32,000 nt of DNA from Synechocystis sp. PCC 6803 substr. PCC-P (GCF_000284455.1 NC_017039.1:1410001-1442000); one strand, 5' to 3'. Shown: positions 1 to 9,924, counted from the first letter of the stretch. The notes: generated by a model not told the origin, from the sequence alone. Made by a program: numbers and translations.

Positions 1-21
1 TCAACCTCTGGTAACATCTCC

Positions 22-1071
22 CTATCCCAAAGACCCTTTCAAACTGGCGATCGCCAACAGTAGTTGATCAATTTCCCCGTCAGTACCCACGGTAATGCGG
101 AGATAATCGGTAATGCGGGGATGGTTAAAGTAACGCACCAGAATTTTCTTTTCCTTTAAGGCTTGGTACAGGTCAGCGGCGGCCATCCAACGGGGAGCGG
201 CAAACACAAAATTGGCATCCGAGGGACATACCTGGAAATCTAACTCCGCCAATTGCTCCATTAAACGGGTGCGAGTGTGGCGTACCTTTTCCCAGAGGGG
301 CACAAATTCAGCCTGGTTCCGTAAAGCGGCGGTGCCCAATACCTGGGCCAAACGATCCAAGTTGTAGGAATCCCGCACCTTATCCATTTCTTCAATCAAG
401 GCCGGAGCGGCGATCGCCAAACCCACCCGCATCCCCGCCAGGCTATAACTCTTGGAAAGGGTACGGGAAATAATCACATTGTCAAACTCTTGCAGAAAGT
501 CCCAATGGTCCTCGTCGGAAAAATCCCCGTAGGCTTCGTCAATGACCACTACTCCCTCCGCCTGGGCGCAGGTCTGCCAAAGGAATTCTCGATTTAAATG
601 CTTGCCTTTGGGGGGATTGGGGGAAGCGAGGAAAATCAGTTTTGCCTCTGGACAAATCACCGGCCCGGTTAAATCAAAATTGGCATCGGTGGCAATTTTT
701 TGTACCTTAGCCCCATGGACTGAGGCGATCGTTTCATATAGGGAGTAAGTAAGATCTAAAAAGGCAACAGTTTCCCCTGGATCGACAAAGGTACGCACCA
801 CAATATTGAGAATATCGTCGGAGCCATTGCCTGCTAAAACCTGATTTAAATCCACTCCATACAAATCCGCCGCTGCTTGACGTAACTGGGTCGAAACGGG
901 ATCAGGGTAAAGCCTTACTTTTGGTAACTCCGCTGCCACCGCTGCCAACACCTGGGCGGGAGGATCGTAGGGATTTTCGTTGGTGTTGAGCTTGATAAAA
1001 TCGTTGGTTTGGGGCTGTTCCCCAGGCACATAGGCGGGGGTATGACGGACGGACGGACGGATAGACACCAT
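22..1071 (-). CDS. hisC: Histidinol-phosphate aminotransferase (PLP-dependent class I/II aminotransferase)
   Basis: ORF 22..1125. Contains GNGSDDILNIVVRTF, VVIDEAYGDF and SRTLSKSYSLAGMRVGLAIA (PLP-lysine motif). The likely start is the internal Met (MVSIRPSVRHTPAY) at 1071. Confidence 0.93.
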   Translation of the reverse strand: MVSIRPSVRHTPAYVPGEQPQTNDFIKLNTNENPYDPPAQVLAAVAAELPKVRLYPDPVSTQLRQAAADLYGVDLNQVLAGNGSDDILNIVVRTFVDPGETVAFLDLTYSLYETIASVHGAKVQKIATDANFDLTGPVICPEAKLIFLASPNPPKGKHLNREFLWQTCAQAEGVVVIDEAYGDFSDEDHWDFLQEFDNVIISRTLSKSYSLAGMRVGLAIAAPALIEEMDKVRDSYNLDRLAQVLGTAALRNQAEFVPLWEKVRHTRTRLMEQLAELDFQVCPSDANFVFAAPRWMAAADLYQALKEKKILVRYFNHPRITDYLRITVGTDGEIDQLLLAIASLKGSLG

Positions 1072-1263
1072 TGCGCAATTACGATCAAAGGGGCAATAAA
1101 TCCCTTTGTTTAAAGCTTCTCCCATTACAGACCATACCCCGACACCGTTGCCGCTGTAAAGGCGACGTCTAGGAAAAAACAGGGGAAAGAATGCCCTTTG
1201 TTTGGGCTATTTTTTAGGGATGGATTGGGACGACATGGAGATATGCCATGGCCAAACTGCCAA

Positions 1264-1578
1264 TCAGTCACAGCAATGGCGGGGAACATAGGCTTGGGTT
1301 ACTTGGCCATAGGATTCCAGGTAATGCCGTAGATGGTGAAATTGTTCGGGATTGAGACGGTAATAAATCCAGCGGCCGTCCTGGCGAGTGTGCACCAATT
1401 CCGCATCCCGCAGGCGTTTGAGGTGAAAAGATAACTTGGATTGACTAATATTCAGTTGGTCGCAAAGGTCACAGACGCACTGTTCTTGATTTTCCAGCAG
1501 AGTTAGCACCTGGAGGCGAATAGGGTCAGACAAAGCTTGAAACCCGACACTGATTAGGTCTTTTTCCGTTGTTTTCAC
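1264..1578 (-). CDS. arsR: ArsR/SmtB-family metalloregulator (probable arsenic-responsive repressor)
   Basis: 104 aa winged-helix protein with ISQSKLSFHLKRLRDAELVHTRQDGRWIYYRLN and the metal-binding-like motif CVCDLCD. Resembles the arsR I recall from PCC 6803. Confidence 0.85.
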   Translation of the reverse strand: MKTTEKDLISVGFQALSDPIRLQVLTLLENQEQCVCDLCDQLNISQSKLSFHLKRLRDAELVHTRQDGRWIYYRLNPEQFHHLRHYLESYGQVTQAYVPRHCCD

Positions 1579-1949
1579 GACAATATAGAAAAATATGAGG
1601 ATATTAAAAATAATTTATGCGATTTTCTTGCGGATAACCACCGAAAAGCTCTGGATGTATTATGGTGTGAATTGATCCCATTCACCCCCCATCTAGCTAC
1701 GACATTACCCCACTGTGCAGGCTGATTGGGCAAAGATTCCGTTCAAAACTAGGGAGTGGGTTAGATGCTGGGGAAATGTAGCCAAATTCTTGCCCCCAAA
1801 AAGTAAAATTTTCGTTGATTTTGTACAAAATTTGACAAAACAGTGCTACCTTTCGTGGTGGATATTTTTGATCCAAACTAGTTGGCTAAACCTAGGCCTA
1901 AATTGAGCCTAACAAGAAATAAACTCTTTTTCCCTTTTTGAAGACGCAA

Positions 1950-2693
1950 ATGAAAAAGTACATTGCTGAATTTATTGGCACTTTTTGGTTAGTGCTTGGT
2001 GGTTGTGGCAGCGCTGTTTTTGCCGCTTTTATCGCCGCCCCTGGTGGTGGCAATACCAACGAATTTGGCTTGGGCTACCTGGGCGTTGCCTTAGCTTTTG
2101 GTTTAACGGTTTTTACTGGGGCCTATGCCCTTGGTCATATTTCCGGTGGTCATTTCAACCCCGCTGTTTCCTTTGGACTCTGGATGGGTAAGAGATTCCC
2201 CGGTTCCCAGTTAGCCCCCTATATCGGTGCCCAAGTTCTAGGGGCGATCGTGGCGAGCTTATTTATTTTCATTGTTGCCCAGGGTGGCCCTAACTTTTCC
2301 CTTGACGGCAGCAACCCCCTCGCTACTAACGGTTTTGGTGACCATTCCCCCCAGGGTTACGGCTTTTTGGCTGCCCTGTTAATTGAATTTGTTCTCACCT
2401 TCATTTTCCTAATTGTCATTTTGGGCGTTACGGATAAAACTGCCCCCGCTGGTTTTGCCCCCGCCGCCATCGGTTTAGCTTTGACTCTGATCCACCTGAT
2501 TAGTATTCCCATTACCAACACTTCCGTGAATCCAGCCCGCAGCACTGGGGTTGCTCTTTTCTGTGGCAATCCTGCTTTGATTGGACAATTGTGGTTATTT
2601 TGGTTAGCCCCGATCGCCGGAGCGCTATTGGCAGGTTTTGTTTATCACAATGTGCTGGAAGACCTGGGCCGTCCCGAACCCGAAGCAGAGTGA
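1950..2693 (+). CDS. aqpZ: Aquaporin Z, MIP family
   Basis: Two NPA-type motifs ([12 protein letters not shown], and [10 protein letters not shown]) within six hydrophobic segments. Start placed at [12 protein letters not shown]; the ORF also has an upstream in-frame ATG at 1938. Confidence 0.93.
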
Positions 2694-2831
2694 AGCAAAT
2701 GCTGACACTATCGGGGTTACGTTATCCTGACCCTGTTGATGTTTTTACTCCCCAGATACCTGATGGTTCAGGTTAAGCTTGGGGAGATTTTTTTGGCTTT
2801 AACCCAACTCCCCTTAAAAAGCGTCTGAAAA

Positions 2832-2975
2832 ATTGACTTTTGGCTGTTTAATCCCCCCTAGCCCCCCTTGGGATGGGGGAAACTGTGACAAAAGTCCCCT
2901 TTTTAAGCCGGAGCTTTAGTGAGGAGATTTAGGGGGATAAATACTTAGCCTTGCGCTTTTCAAATAGGTTCTTAG
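2832..2975. repeat. Dispersed intergenic repeat, copy A (MITE-like)
   Basis: Shares the order 'TTTTGGCTGTTTAATCCCCCCTAGCCCCCCTTGGG...ACTGT.ACAAAAG.CC...GAGCTTTAGTG...GATTTAGGGGGAT.AA.A..TAGC.TTGC' with copies near 17.1 and 18.3 kb. Confidence 0.75.
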
Positions 2976-3152
2976 CGGAAACAGAACTTGCCAAAAATCA
3001 ACTTTTGGTCTTTATCATTCAGTAAGGCGGGGTTTGATTTTCCGGAAAGATTAAGATAAGTATTGGTTATATGGTTATTAGCCAGGATTATCAAATCTGT
3101 CTGACCTCCGTCGCCCTCCTTTTTTCGTTTCTTCCCCCGTTTCCCCTTCCCT

Positions 3153-5849
3153 ATGTCCAAACTCGTTATCGTTGAATCCCCCACTAAAGCCCGCACTATC
3201 CGCAACTATCTGCCCCAGGATTATCGGGTGGAAGCTTCCATGGGCCATGTCCGGGATTTACCGGCTTCGGCGGAGGAAGTACCCGCGGCTTACAAAGATA
3301 AAAGTTGGGCTAATTTGGGAGTCAATGTGGAAGACCATTTCAGTCCCCTTTATGTGATTCCCAAAAGCAAAAAGAAAGTAGTTAAGGAATTGCAAACTGC
3401 CCTGAAAAATGCCGACGAAGTAATTCTGGCCACGGACGAAGACCGGGAAGGAGAAAGTATTAGCTGGCATTTGTTGCAACTGCTCCAGCCCAAAGTGCCC
3501 ATTAAACGGATGGTGTTCCACGAAATTACCCAGGAAGCCATTCGCAGTGCGCTGGAGAATTGCCGCGATATTGACGAGAATTTAGTCCATGCCCAGGAAA
3601 CCCGCCGCATTTTAGACCGTTTGGTGGGCTATACCCTTTCCCCTTTGCTCTGGAAAAAAATTGCTTGGGGACTATCCGCTGGCCGGGTGCAGTCGGTGGC
3701 GGTGCGGTTGATTGTGCAGCGGGAACGGGCCCGCCGGGCCTTTAAGACCGCTGGTTACTGGGACTTAAAAGCAGAACTGGAACAGAATAAAAATCCTTTT
3801 CAGGCCAAGTTGATGACCTTGGGGGGCACTAAATTAGCCAATGGTAGCGATTTTGATCCCAATACTGGTGCGTTGTTGCCCGATAAACAGGTGGTGGTGC
3901 TGGATGAAGCCCAGGCGATCGCCCTGAAGGAGCGTTTAACCGGCAAGCCCTGGGCAGTGGTCAATACCGAAGAAAAGCCCGGTGTCCGTAAACCGTCTCC
4001 CCCCTTTACCACTTCCACCCTGCAACAGGAAGCCAACCGCAAGTTAGGCATTTCCGCCCGGGATACGATGCGAGTGGCCCAAAAACTCTACGAAGAGGGT
4101 TACATCACCTATATGCGGACGGATTCGGTGCATCTTTCTGACCAAGCGGTGACGGCGGCCCGCAATTGCGTGCAACAAATGTACGGCAAAGAATACCTGA
4201 GTCCCCAGCCCAAGCAGTACACCACCAAAAGTAAAGGGGCCCAGGAAGCCCACGAAGCCATTCGCCCCGCTGGGACAGAGTTTCGCATTCCCAATCAAAC
4301 AGGGTTAAAAGACCGGGAATTGGCCTTATATGAGTTGATCTGGAAACGGACGGTGGCCTGCCAGATGGCCGATGCCCGCATTACCCAACTGAGTGTGCTG
4401 TTAAAAGTGGAAGATGCGGAATTTCGCGCGGCGGGTAAACGCATTGATTTCCCCGGTTATTTCCGGGCCTACGTGGAAGGGTCTGATGATCCCGATGCCG
4501 CTCTGGAAAACCAAGAAGTGATTCTGCCCCCCCTCAAAGTTGGCGATCGCCCGAATTGCCGAGAAATTGATACCGTGGGCCACGAAACCCAACCCCCCGC
4601 CCGCTATACGGAAGCTTCGTTGGTGAAAACGCTGGAAAGTGAAGGGGTAGGCCGCCCTAGTACCTATGCCAGCATTATTGGCACCATTATCGACCGGGGT
4701 TATGTGCAAATGCGGAGCAAAGCTTTGACCCCCACCTTCACTGCCTTTGCGGTGGTGAGTTTACTGGAATCCCATTTCCCCGACTTAGTGGATACGGGTT
4801 TCACTTCCCGCATGGAGCAGAAGTTAGACGAAATTGCCATCGGTAAAACCCAGTGGCTCCCCTATTTACAGGGCTTTTTCCTGGGGGAATCGGGGCTAGA
4901 AAACCAAGTCAAAGTGCGCCAAGACCAGATCGACCCGGCGATCGCCAAGGCCATTGAGCTGGAAAACCTGGCCGCTAAGGTGAAAATTGGCAAGTTTGGC
5001 CCCTATATCGAAATTCCCCAGGGGGAAGAAATTATTACCGCTTCCATTCCTCAGGATCTAACTCCGGCAGACCTCAACCCCGAACAGGTGGCCGTGTTGC
5101 TCAAGCAAAAAACGGAGGGCCCCGATAAAGTCGGTATCCATCCTGAAACCGGGGAACCAATTTTCATCCTCATTGGAGCCTATGGCCCCTACGTCCAGCT
5201 AGGGGAAGCAACGGAGGAAAATAAGAAACCGAAACGCACTTCCCTGCCCAAGGGGGTTAAACCGGAGGATGTCACCCTGGAAATGGCAGTGGGATTGTTG
5301 GCCCTGCCCCGTAATTTGGGAGAACATCCGGAATCGGGCAAAAATATTAAAGCCAGTCTGGGTCGGTTTGGCCCCTACGTAGTCCATGACCAAGGTAAGG
5401 ATGGCAAGGATTATCGTTCCCTCAAAGGGGATGATGATGTGTTGACCATCACCCTGGAACGGGCTTTGGAGTTGTTGGCGGAACCAAAACGGGGCCGGGG
5501 CAGCCGCACTCCCCTCAAACAATTGGGCTTACATCCCGAAGACCAGGAGCCGGTTAATTTGTTCAAAGGCCCCTATGGGGTTTACATCAAACATGGCAAA
5601 GTTAATGCCAGCTTGCCGGAGGGGGAAACGGAAGAAACCATTACCCTAGAAAAAGCTTTACCCCTGTTGGCGGAAAAGGCCGGCAGCGGTAAAAAAACTA
5701 GCCGTAAAAAAGCCACCACCACAGCGAAGGGCACTAAGAAAACCACTTCTAAAAAAGCTAGTGCCACTGGTACGGCCAAGAAGACCACCACTAAACGCAC
5801 CACCCGGAAAAAAGCTGCCAGTCCAGACCAGTCCAGCGAGGCTGGTTAA
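3153..5849 (+). CDS. topA: DNA topoisomerase I with Lys/Thr-rich C-terminal tail
   Basis: 898 aa. TOPRIM start [27 protein letters not shown] motif, active-site region [15 protein letters not shown], then repeated C-terminal [10 protein letters not shown] / GRFGPYVVH / [10 protein letters not shown] modules and a KKTTSKK-type tail. Confidence 0.97.
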   Translation: MSKLVIVESPTKARTIRNYLPQDYRVEASMGHVRDLPASAEEVPAAYKDKSWANLGVNVEDHFSPLYVIPKSKKKVVKELQTALKNADEVILATDEDREGESISWHLLQLLQPKVPIKRMVFHEITQEAIRSALENCRDIDENLVHAQETRRILDRLVGYTLSPLLWKKIAWGLSAGRVQSVAVRLIVQRERARRAFKTAGYWDLKAELEQNKNPFQAKLMTLGGTKLANGSDFDPNTGALLPDKQVVVLDEAQAIALKERLTGKPWAVVNTEEKPGVRKPSPPFTTSTLQQEANRKLGISARDTMRVAQKLYEEGYITYMRTDSVHLSDQAVTAARNCVQQMYGKEYLSPQPKQYTTKSKGAQEAHEAIRPAGTEFRIPNQTGLKDRELALYELIWKRTVACQMADARITQLSVLLKVEDAEFRAAGKRIDFPGYFRAYVEGSDDPDAALENQEVILPPLKVGDRPNCREIDTVGHETQPPARYTEASLVKTLESEGVGRPSTYASIIGTIIDRGYVQMRSKALTPTFTAFAVVSLLESHFPDLVDTGFTSRMEQKLDEIAIGKTQWLPYLQGFFLGESGLENQVKVRQDQIDPAIAKAIELENLAAKVKIGKFGPYIEIPQGEEIITASIPQDLTPADLNPEQVAVLLKQKTEGPDKVGIHPETGEPIFILIGAYGPYVQLGEATEENKKPKRTSLPKGVKPEDVTLEMAVGLLALPRNLGEHPESGKNIKASLGRFGPYVVHDQGKDGKDYRSLKGDDDVLTITLERALELLAEPKRGRGSRTPLKQLGLHPEDQEPVNLFKGPYGVYIKHGKVNASLPEGETEETITLEKALPLLAEKAGSGKKTSRKKATTTAKGTKKTTSKKASATGTAKKTTTKRTTRKKAASPDQSSEAG

Positions 5850-5869
5850 ACAACTAGTTAAATAGAAGG

Positions 5870-6274
5870 ATGAAGAAGCGTGTGACCCTGACTTTTCCCC
5901 GTAGTGCGGTGCAAATGCCCGTCACTTATCGGCTGGCCAAGGATTTTAATATTGCCGCCAATATTATCCGAGCCCAGGTGGCCCCCAATCAGGTAGGCAA
6001 AGTAGTACTGGAATTGTCCGGGGACATTGACCAACTGGAAGCGTCTTTGGAGTGGATGCGCTCCCAGAGTATTGAAGTTTCCTTGGCTAGTCGGGAAATT
6101 GTCATTGATGACCAAAGTTGTGTAGATTGTGGCCTCTGTACCGGGGTTTGCCCTACGGAGGCTCTGAGTTTAGATCCGGATAGTTTTCGCTTGATGTTCC
6201 GTCGTTCCCGTTGTGTGGTCTGTGAGCAATGTATTCCTTCCTGCCCCGTCCAGGCGATCGCCACTAATTTCTAA
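5870..6274 (+). CDS. NIL-domain plus 4Fe-4S ferredoxin-like protein
   Basis: 134 aa. N-terminal NIL-like region, then CVDCGLCTGVCPTEAL and CVVCEQCIPSCPVQAI (2x[4Fe-4S] cysteine motifs). Confidence 0.9.
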   Translation: MKKRVTLTFPRSAVQMPVTYRLAKDFNIAANIIRAQVAPNQVGKVVLELSGDIDQLEASLEWMRSQSIEVSLASREIVIDDQSCVDCGLCTGVCPTEALSLDPDSFRLMFRRSRCVVCEQCIPSCPVQAIATNF

Positions 6275-6310
6275 CATCTTTGCCGACTCCGCCAACGGTG
6301 AGTTATCCCC

Positions 6311-7708
6311 ATGGAATCCCCCATCCAAGCCCAACCCCCCCTGGACTTTTTAGCGCCCAATCTCCAGCCCTGGTTACTCCGGCTCGGGCCGCTGATTTTG
6401 CCCTGGTGGATCCGTTCTCAAACGGCGATCGCCAAAATTGAAGCCGAAAATTTGCAGGTTCTAGCTCAGGCCTACGGGGACTTTAGCCAAGGCAAAAACC
6501 GTTTACTCCTGGCTTTTCGTCACCCCAGCATCAACGATCCGTTATGTATGGGGTATTTATTTTGGAATTTATTACCGCCAGCTCTGAAAAAAGGTGCTCT
6601 CCAACCGCCACCGGTGAGCCACTCCCACTTTATGTATGACCGGGGCATTCCCCTCTGGGGAGGAGATTTTCTACAGTGGCTATTTCCCCGTTTAGGGGGC
6701 ACTTCCATTCAGCGGGGGAAATTAGACCGCCCTGGCTTACGGTCTGCTCGGGATTTAATGCTCAACGGCCAATATCCCCTGGCCGCCGCCCCAGAAGGAG
6801 CCACCAACGGCCATAACGAACTCATTTCTCCCCTGGAACCGGGCATTGCCCAACTGGGATTTTGGTGTGCGGAGGATTTACGCAAAGCCCAAAGACCGGA
6901 GCAAACACTAATTCTACCGGTGGGTATTCAATATTTTTACCTCACCCCTCCTTGGCGAGAGATTGAAAATTTACTTTCCCAACTGGAAAACGACTGCGGC
7001 ATTGGCCCCACCACTGACCATAGTTTGGGCGAAGCCAGATTATACGAACGCCTTTATAGCTTGGGGGAGGTAATGTTGGATCTGATGGAGAATTTTTACC
7101 GTCAGTTTTACCAACAAAACTTGCCAGCGGTGGAGGATTTAGCCCAAAGCCTGCAAGAGAATTTTAATAACCTTGAAACCGATCCCAATCAATTACTTGC
7201 TTCCCGCCTCCAAAATTTGCTCCATGCGGCATTAACGGTGGGGGAAGAATATTTTCAAATTACCCCGAAAGGAACGTTACCGGATCGTTGTCGACGCTTA
7301 GAACAAGCTGGTTGGGATTGTATTTATCGTGAAGATTTGCGGGACGAACAGACTTTATTCCCAGTTAAAAAGGGTCTAGCGGATCGCATTGCAGAAGAGG
7401 CAGATTTAAGAATGTGGCATATGCGCTTGGTGGAAAATTTTGTCGCAGTGACGGGGCATTACGTCAAAGAAAAACCGACGGTGGAACGGTTTGCCGACAC
7501 TCTTTTATTACTTTGGAATGTCATTACCCGCATGAAGGGGGGCAACTTGAACAATCGTCCCATCCTAGGTCGTCAGCGGGTTCAATTAACCATTGGTGAG
7601 CCGATTTTGGTGGATGATCATTATGAAGATTACAAAGGTAATCGCAAACTGGCGATCGCCAAGGTAACTGAAGTTTTGCAGGAAAAGTTATCCGCACTAA
7701 TTATTTAA
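6311..7708 (+). CDS. Phospholipid/glycerol acyltransferase-like protein
   Basis: 465 aa. Contains LLLAFRHPSINDPLC (divergent HX4D-like motif) and YPLAAAPEGATNGHNELISPLEPGIAQLGF, resembling the PlsC EG(T) block. Confidence 0.65.
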   Translation: MESPIQAQPPLDFLAPNLQPWLLRLGPLILPWWIRSQTAIAKIEAENLQVLAQAYGDFSQGKNRLLLAFRHPSINDPLCMGYLFWNLLPPALKKGALQPPPVSHSHFMYDRGIPLWGGDFLQWLFPRLGGTSIQRGKLDRPGLRSARDLMLNGQYPLAAAPEGATNGHNELISPLEPGIAQLGFWCAEDLRKAQRPEQTLILPVGIQYFYLTPPWREIENLLSQLENDCGIGPTTDHSLGEARLYERLYSLGEVMLDLMENFYRQFYQQNLPAVEDLAQSLQENFNNLETDPNQLLASRLQNLLHAALTVGEEYFQITPKGTLPDRCRRLEQAGWDCIYREDLRDEQTLFPVKKGLADRIAEEADLRMWHMRLVENFVAVTGHYVKEKPTVERFADTLLLLWNVITRMKGGNLNNRPILGRQRVQLTIGEPILVDDHYEDYKGNRKLAIAKVTEVLQEKLSALII

Positions 7709-7714
7709 TTATTG

Positions 7715-7999
7715 CTAATGGTTTCTCCGGTATAAATAAACTGAACAACTTATACCAAGTCGATAAAAAGATGGCATAAATAGAGGAAGAAGAATGCACT
7801 GTAAGAATAGAGGATTGAGATAGCCCCGAAAAACTAACTGGACAGGAGAGAAAGTAAGCCCAGGGAAGCTGAATTCGGCCCATTGGGGGATAGAGATTTC
7901 GTAGTTTCGGAGGTAGATGGTGTCATACTTTAATCCTACTCCAGTCAAAAAGACTAGCAGGGTGGTAACAATGGCAACGAAGGTTTGAAAGTTCGGCAT
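7715..7999 (-). pseudogene. Truncated copy of membrane/coiled-coil protein gene (N-terminal TM part only)
   Basis: MPNFQTFVAIVTTLLVFLTGVGLKYDTIYLRNYEISIPQWAEFSF nearly matches the 8933..9559 product, then diverges and ends after 94 aa. Confidence 0.7.
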
Positions 8000-8010
8000 T
8001 GTTGCTGAGG
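7847..8010. repeat. ~164 bp direct repeat, copy 1 (pairs with 9318..9480)
   Basis: Near-identical text, e.g. 'GGAGATTTCGTAGTTTCGG.AGTAGATGGTGTCATACTTTAAT.CTACTCCAGTCAAAAAGACTAGCA...GTGGTAACAATGGCAACGAAGGTTTGAAAGT'. Confidence 0.85.
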
Positions 8011-8021
8011 AATCAACGTCC

Positions 8022-8600
8022 CTATTTTAATCGTTCAAAACTCAGCCAGCCAAAAATTATCTCTGGAGTGATGAACCATTCTTGCAGTTCGGCTAATACA
8101 GCTAGGGGATCTTTACCCATTTTTGTTTCTGGTAGTTGGTTCCCTTGGAAAACCATAACGATATTCTCACTAGGAGAAACAAGCCAACCTAGTTGACAGC
8201 CATTCCTAAGGGCAAAACTTATTTTTTCGATAACTTTTAGGGGAGATTGATCTGGGGAGAGGATTTCAATGATCCAATCTGGGGGGATATCGATTCTGTC
8301 AACAATTTGCCCCCTACTATCTAGGGGAATGTTGTTCCATTTGAAAACAGTAATGTCTGGAACAAGAGATCTTTCCCCGAAGGTGCAGCGCAGTTCTGTG
8401 AAGGCATAGGCGAGCTGGTGGGATTCTGCCCGTTGATTAATTTCGCTAGCCAAGGTGGTTTGCAGTTTACTGTGTTTACCCTGGGGCATTGGCTTCTGGA
8501 TAATTTTTCCGTTTTGATATTCTTGGGCAGGTTTGGTTTCCGGTAAGTTTAAGAATTCTTCTAGGGAAATGCTAGACGTTGTCTCAATAGCATGAATCAT
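8022..8600 (-). CDS. Uma2 family (DUF820) putative endonuclease-like protein
   Basis: 192 aa. SLEEFLNLPETKPAQEYQNGKIIQKPMPQGKHSKLQ...LVPDITVFKW...PPDWIIEILSPDQSPLKVIEKI is the characteristic Uma2 pattern (PD-(D/E)XK-like). Confidence 0.88.
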   Translation of the reverse strand: MIHAIETTSSISLEEFLNLPETKPAQEYQNGKIIQKPMPQGKHSKLQTTLASEINQRAESHQLAYAFTELRCTFGERSLVPDITVFKWNNIPLDSRGQIVDRIDIPPDWIIEILSPDQSPLKVIEKISFALRNGCQLGWLVSPSENIVMVFQGNQLPETKMGKDPLAVLAELQEWFITPEIIFGWLSFERLK

Positions 8601-8932
8601 AGTTTTTCACTAGGGAAGAGTAACATTTTAGCCCGGGGCCATGACCAGTAGGAATTTTTCCTAGCTGATTCCATTAGGGCTTGATTATAGGGAAGAAAAA
8701 TTTGCTTTCTTTCCGTTAATTCATTGTTACCCTGGTAGCAAAGGGTGAGAAGTTGCCTGTGTTTATTATCCCTCCTAGCCCTTCTTCGCAAAGGCAGGGA
8801 CAAGAGCACTGTTTTAATATTCTTGTTTTGGTTTCTGGATGAGGGCAGAAATAATTCACATTTCTTGAACTATTCTTTCCACAGAAAAATAAATCCAATT
8901 ACCCTTTTTTAAGGGAGATTAAATCACCATTC

Positions 8933-9559
8933 TCATAGCGTATCCCCATACTCATCCAACAAAGCAAGAATATTTTCTAGTTGTCGTCGATGGGGGGAGT
9001 TGGGCTCAAGTTGGTAGCGGATGAGTGCAAGACGGTATTGATTTTCGATTCTAGTTCGGCGAGCTTCTTGTCCAACTCGGCGAGCCTCTCGTTCTCTTGC
9101 CTCAGCTCTTCGGTCTCTTGCCTCAGCTCTTTCATTCTCTGCTCGTGCAAGCTCTTCTTCTCGTTCTCGATCCTGTTTTGCTTCTCGAGCCACTGTTCGT
9201 GCGCGATCCTCGCTTCTTCGTTGCTCTTCCTCAGCTCTTCGGTTTCTTGCCTCAGTTGTTTGTTGTATTTCCTCAAGTCGGACAAACCCCCGTAGGAGTT
9301 GATCCAAGACCACAAACGAGAAAGTAAGCCCGGCGAAGCTGAGTCCTGCCCATTGGGGGATGGAGATTTCGTAGTTTCGGAAGTAGATGGTGTCATACTT
9401 TAATGCTACTCCAGTCAAAAAGACTAGCAACGTGGTAACAATGGCAACGAAGGTTTGAAAGTCCGGTATTGTTGCTGAGAAATGGATACTCCTATTATCC
9501 CTCTTAGCCTCCCTTAGTAAAGGGGGGAAATTGGTCATAGAACCTCGGGAAGGCAACAA
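8933..9559 (-). CDS. Membrane-anchored coiled-coil protein, function unknown
   Basis: 208 aa maximal ORF. Hydrophobic FVAIVTTLLVFLTGVA and SFAGLTFSFVVLDQLL, then RAEEEQRRSEDRARTVAREAKQDREREEELARAENERAEARDRRAEAREREARR. The true start is uncertain because the paralogue's ATG is ATA here. Confidence 0.65.
   Translation of the reverse strand: MLPSRGSMTNFPPLLREAKRDNRSIHFSATIPDFQTFVAIVTTLLVFLTGVALKYDTIYFRNYEISIPQWAGLSFAGLTFSFVVLDQLLRGFVRLEEIQQTTEARNRRAEEEQRRSEDRARTVAREAKQDREREEELARAENERAEARDRRAEAREREARRVGQEARRTRIENQYRLALIRYQLEPNSPHRRQLENILALLDEYGDTL
9318..9480. repeat. ~163 bp direct repeat, copy 2 (pairs with 7847..8010)
   Basis: See 7847..8010. Same orientation, with roughly one mismatch per 10 nt by eye. 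Confidence 0.85.
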
Positions 9560-9576
9560 GAAGACCAGCAGGATAT

Positions 9577-9873
9577 CTAACTCATCAAGCCATCGTTGAT
9601 AGTGGAGGGAAAAGCAATCTTTGCGTAACGCTCTAGGCCAGTGGGAGATAGGTCTTCCCCTTCTGGCCAGGCAATGCCCCCCAGGGGATCTATCTGGGCT
9701 TGGCGGAAATAACGGGGATTTTTTAAGCGCCAGTAATTGTCATTGGTTTCAATGATTGTTTGAAGATCCAGAATCAATTCTTGACCATTTTCTAGTTTGA
9801 TTTGCAGTTGAAAGTTATCCAGAGGAAATACACTGATTGCCTTCAACCAAGGAGTTTTAACCTGAGAGTTCAT
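9577..9873 (-). CDS. DUF2442 domain protein
   Basis: 98 aa. WLKAISVFPLDNFQLQIKLENGQELILDLQTII...YFRQAQIDPLGGIAWPEGEDLSPTGLE matches the DUF2442 pattern by recall. Confidence 0.75.
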   Translation of the reverse strand: MNSQVKTPWLKAISVFPLDNFQLQIKLENGQELILDLQTIIETNDNYWRLKNPRYFRQAQIDPLGGIAWPEGEDLSPTGLERYAKIAFPSTINDGLMS

Positions 9874-9924
9874 TCCATTTCTCCATTGACTCTGCTTGAT
9901 TATCAGAAAAATGGGTTTAAAACC

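Noticed and set aside
1715-1906. 63-aa plus-strand ORF between arsR and aqpZ
   Set aside because: Low-complexity intergenic translation with no motif or clear RBS. More likely aqpZ upstream region.
2972-3205. 77-aa minus-strand ORF between aqpZ and topA
   Set aside because: Overlaps the topA start and the AT-rich leader. The Lys/Arg-rich stretch comes from a CT-rich tract, not a conserved protein.
3258-4709. Minus-strand ORFs inside topA (3258..3521, 4044..4298, 4401..4709, 5199..5522)
   Set aside because: They lie fully within the well-supported topA coding frame and have no recognisable protein features.
9577-9873. DUF2442 gene as the antitoxin of a complete toxin-antitoxin pair
   Set aside because: No adjacent ORF resembles a toxin partner (e.g. 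DUF4160). The neighbours are the coiled-coil protein and the IS element.
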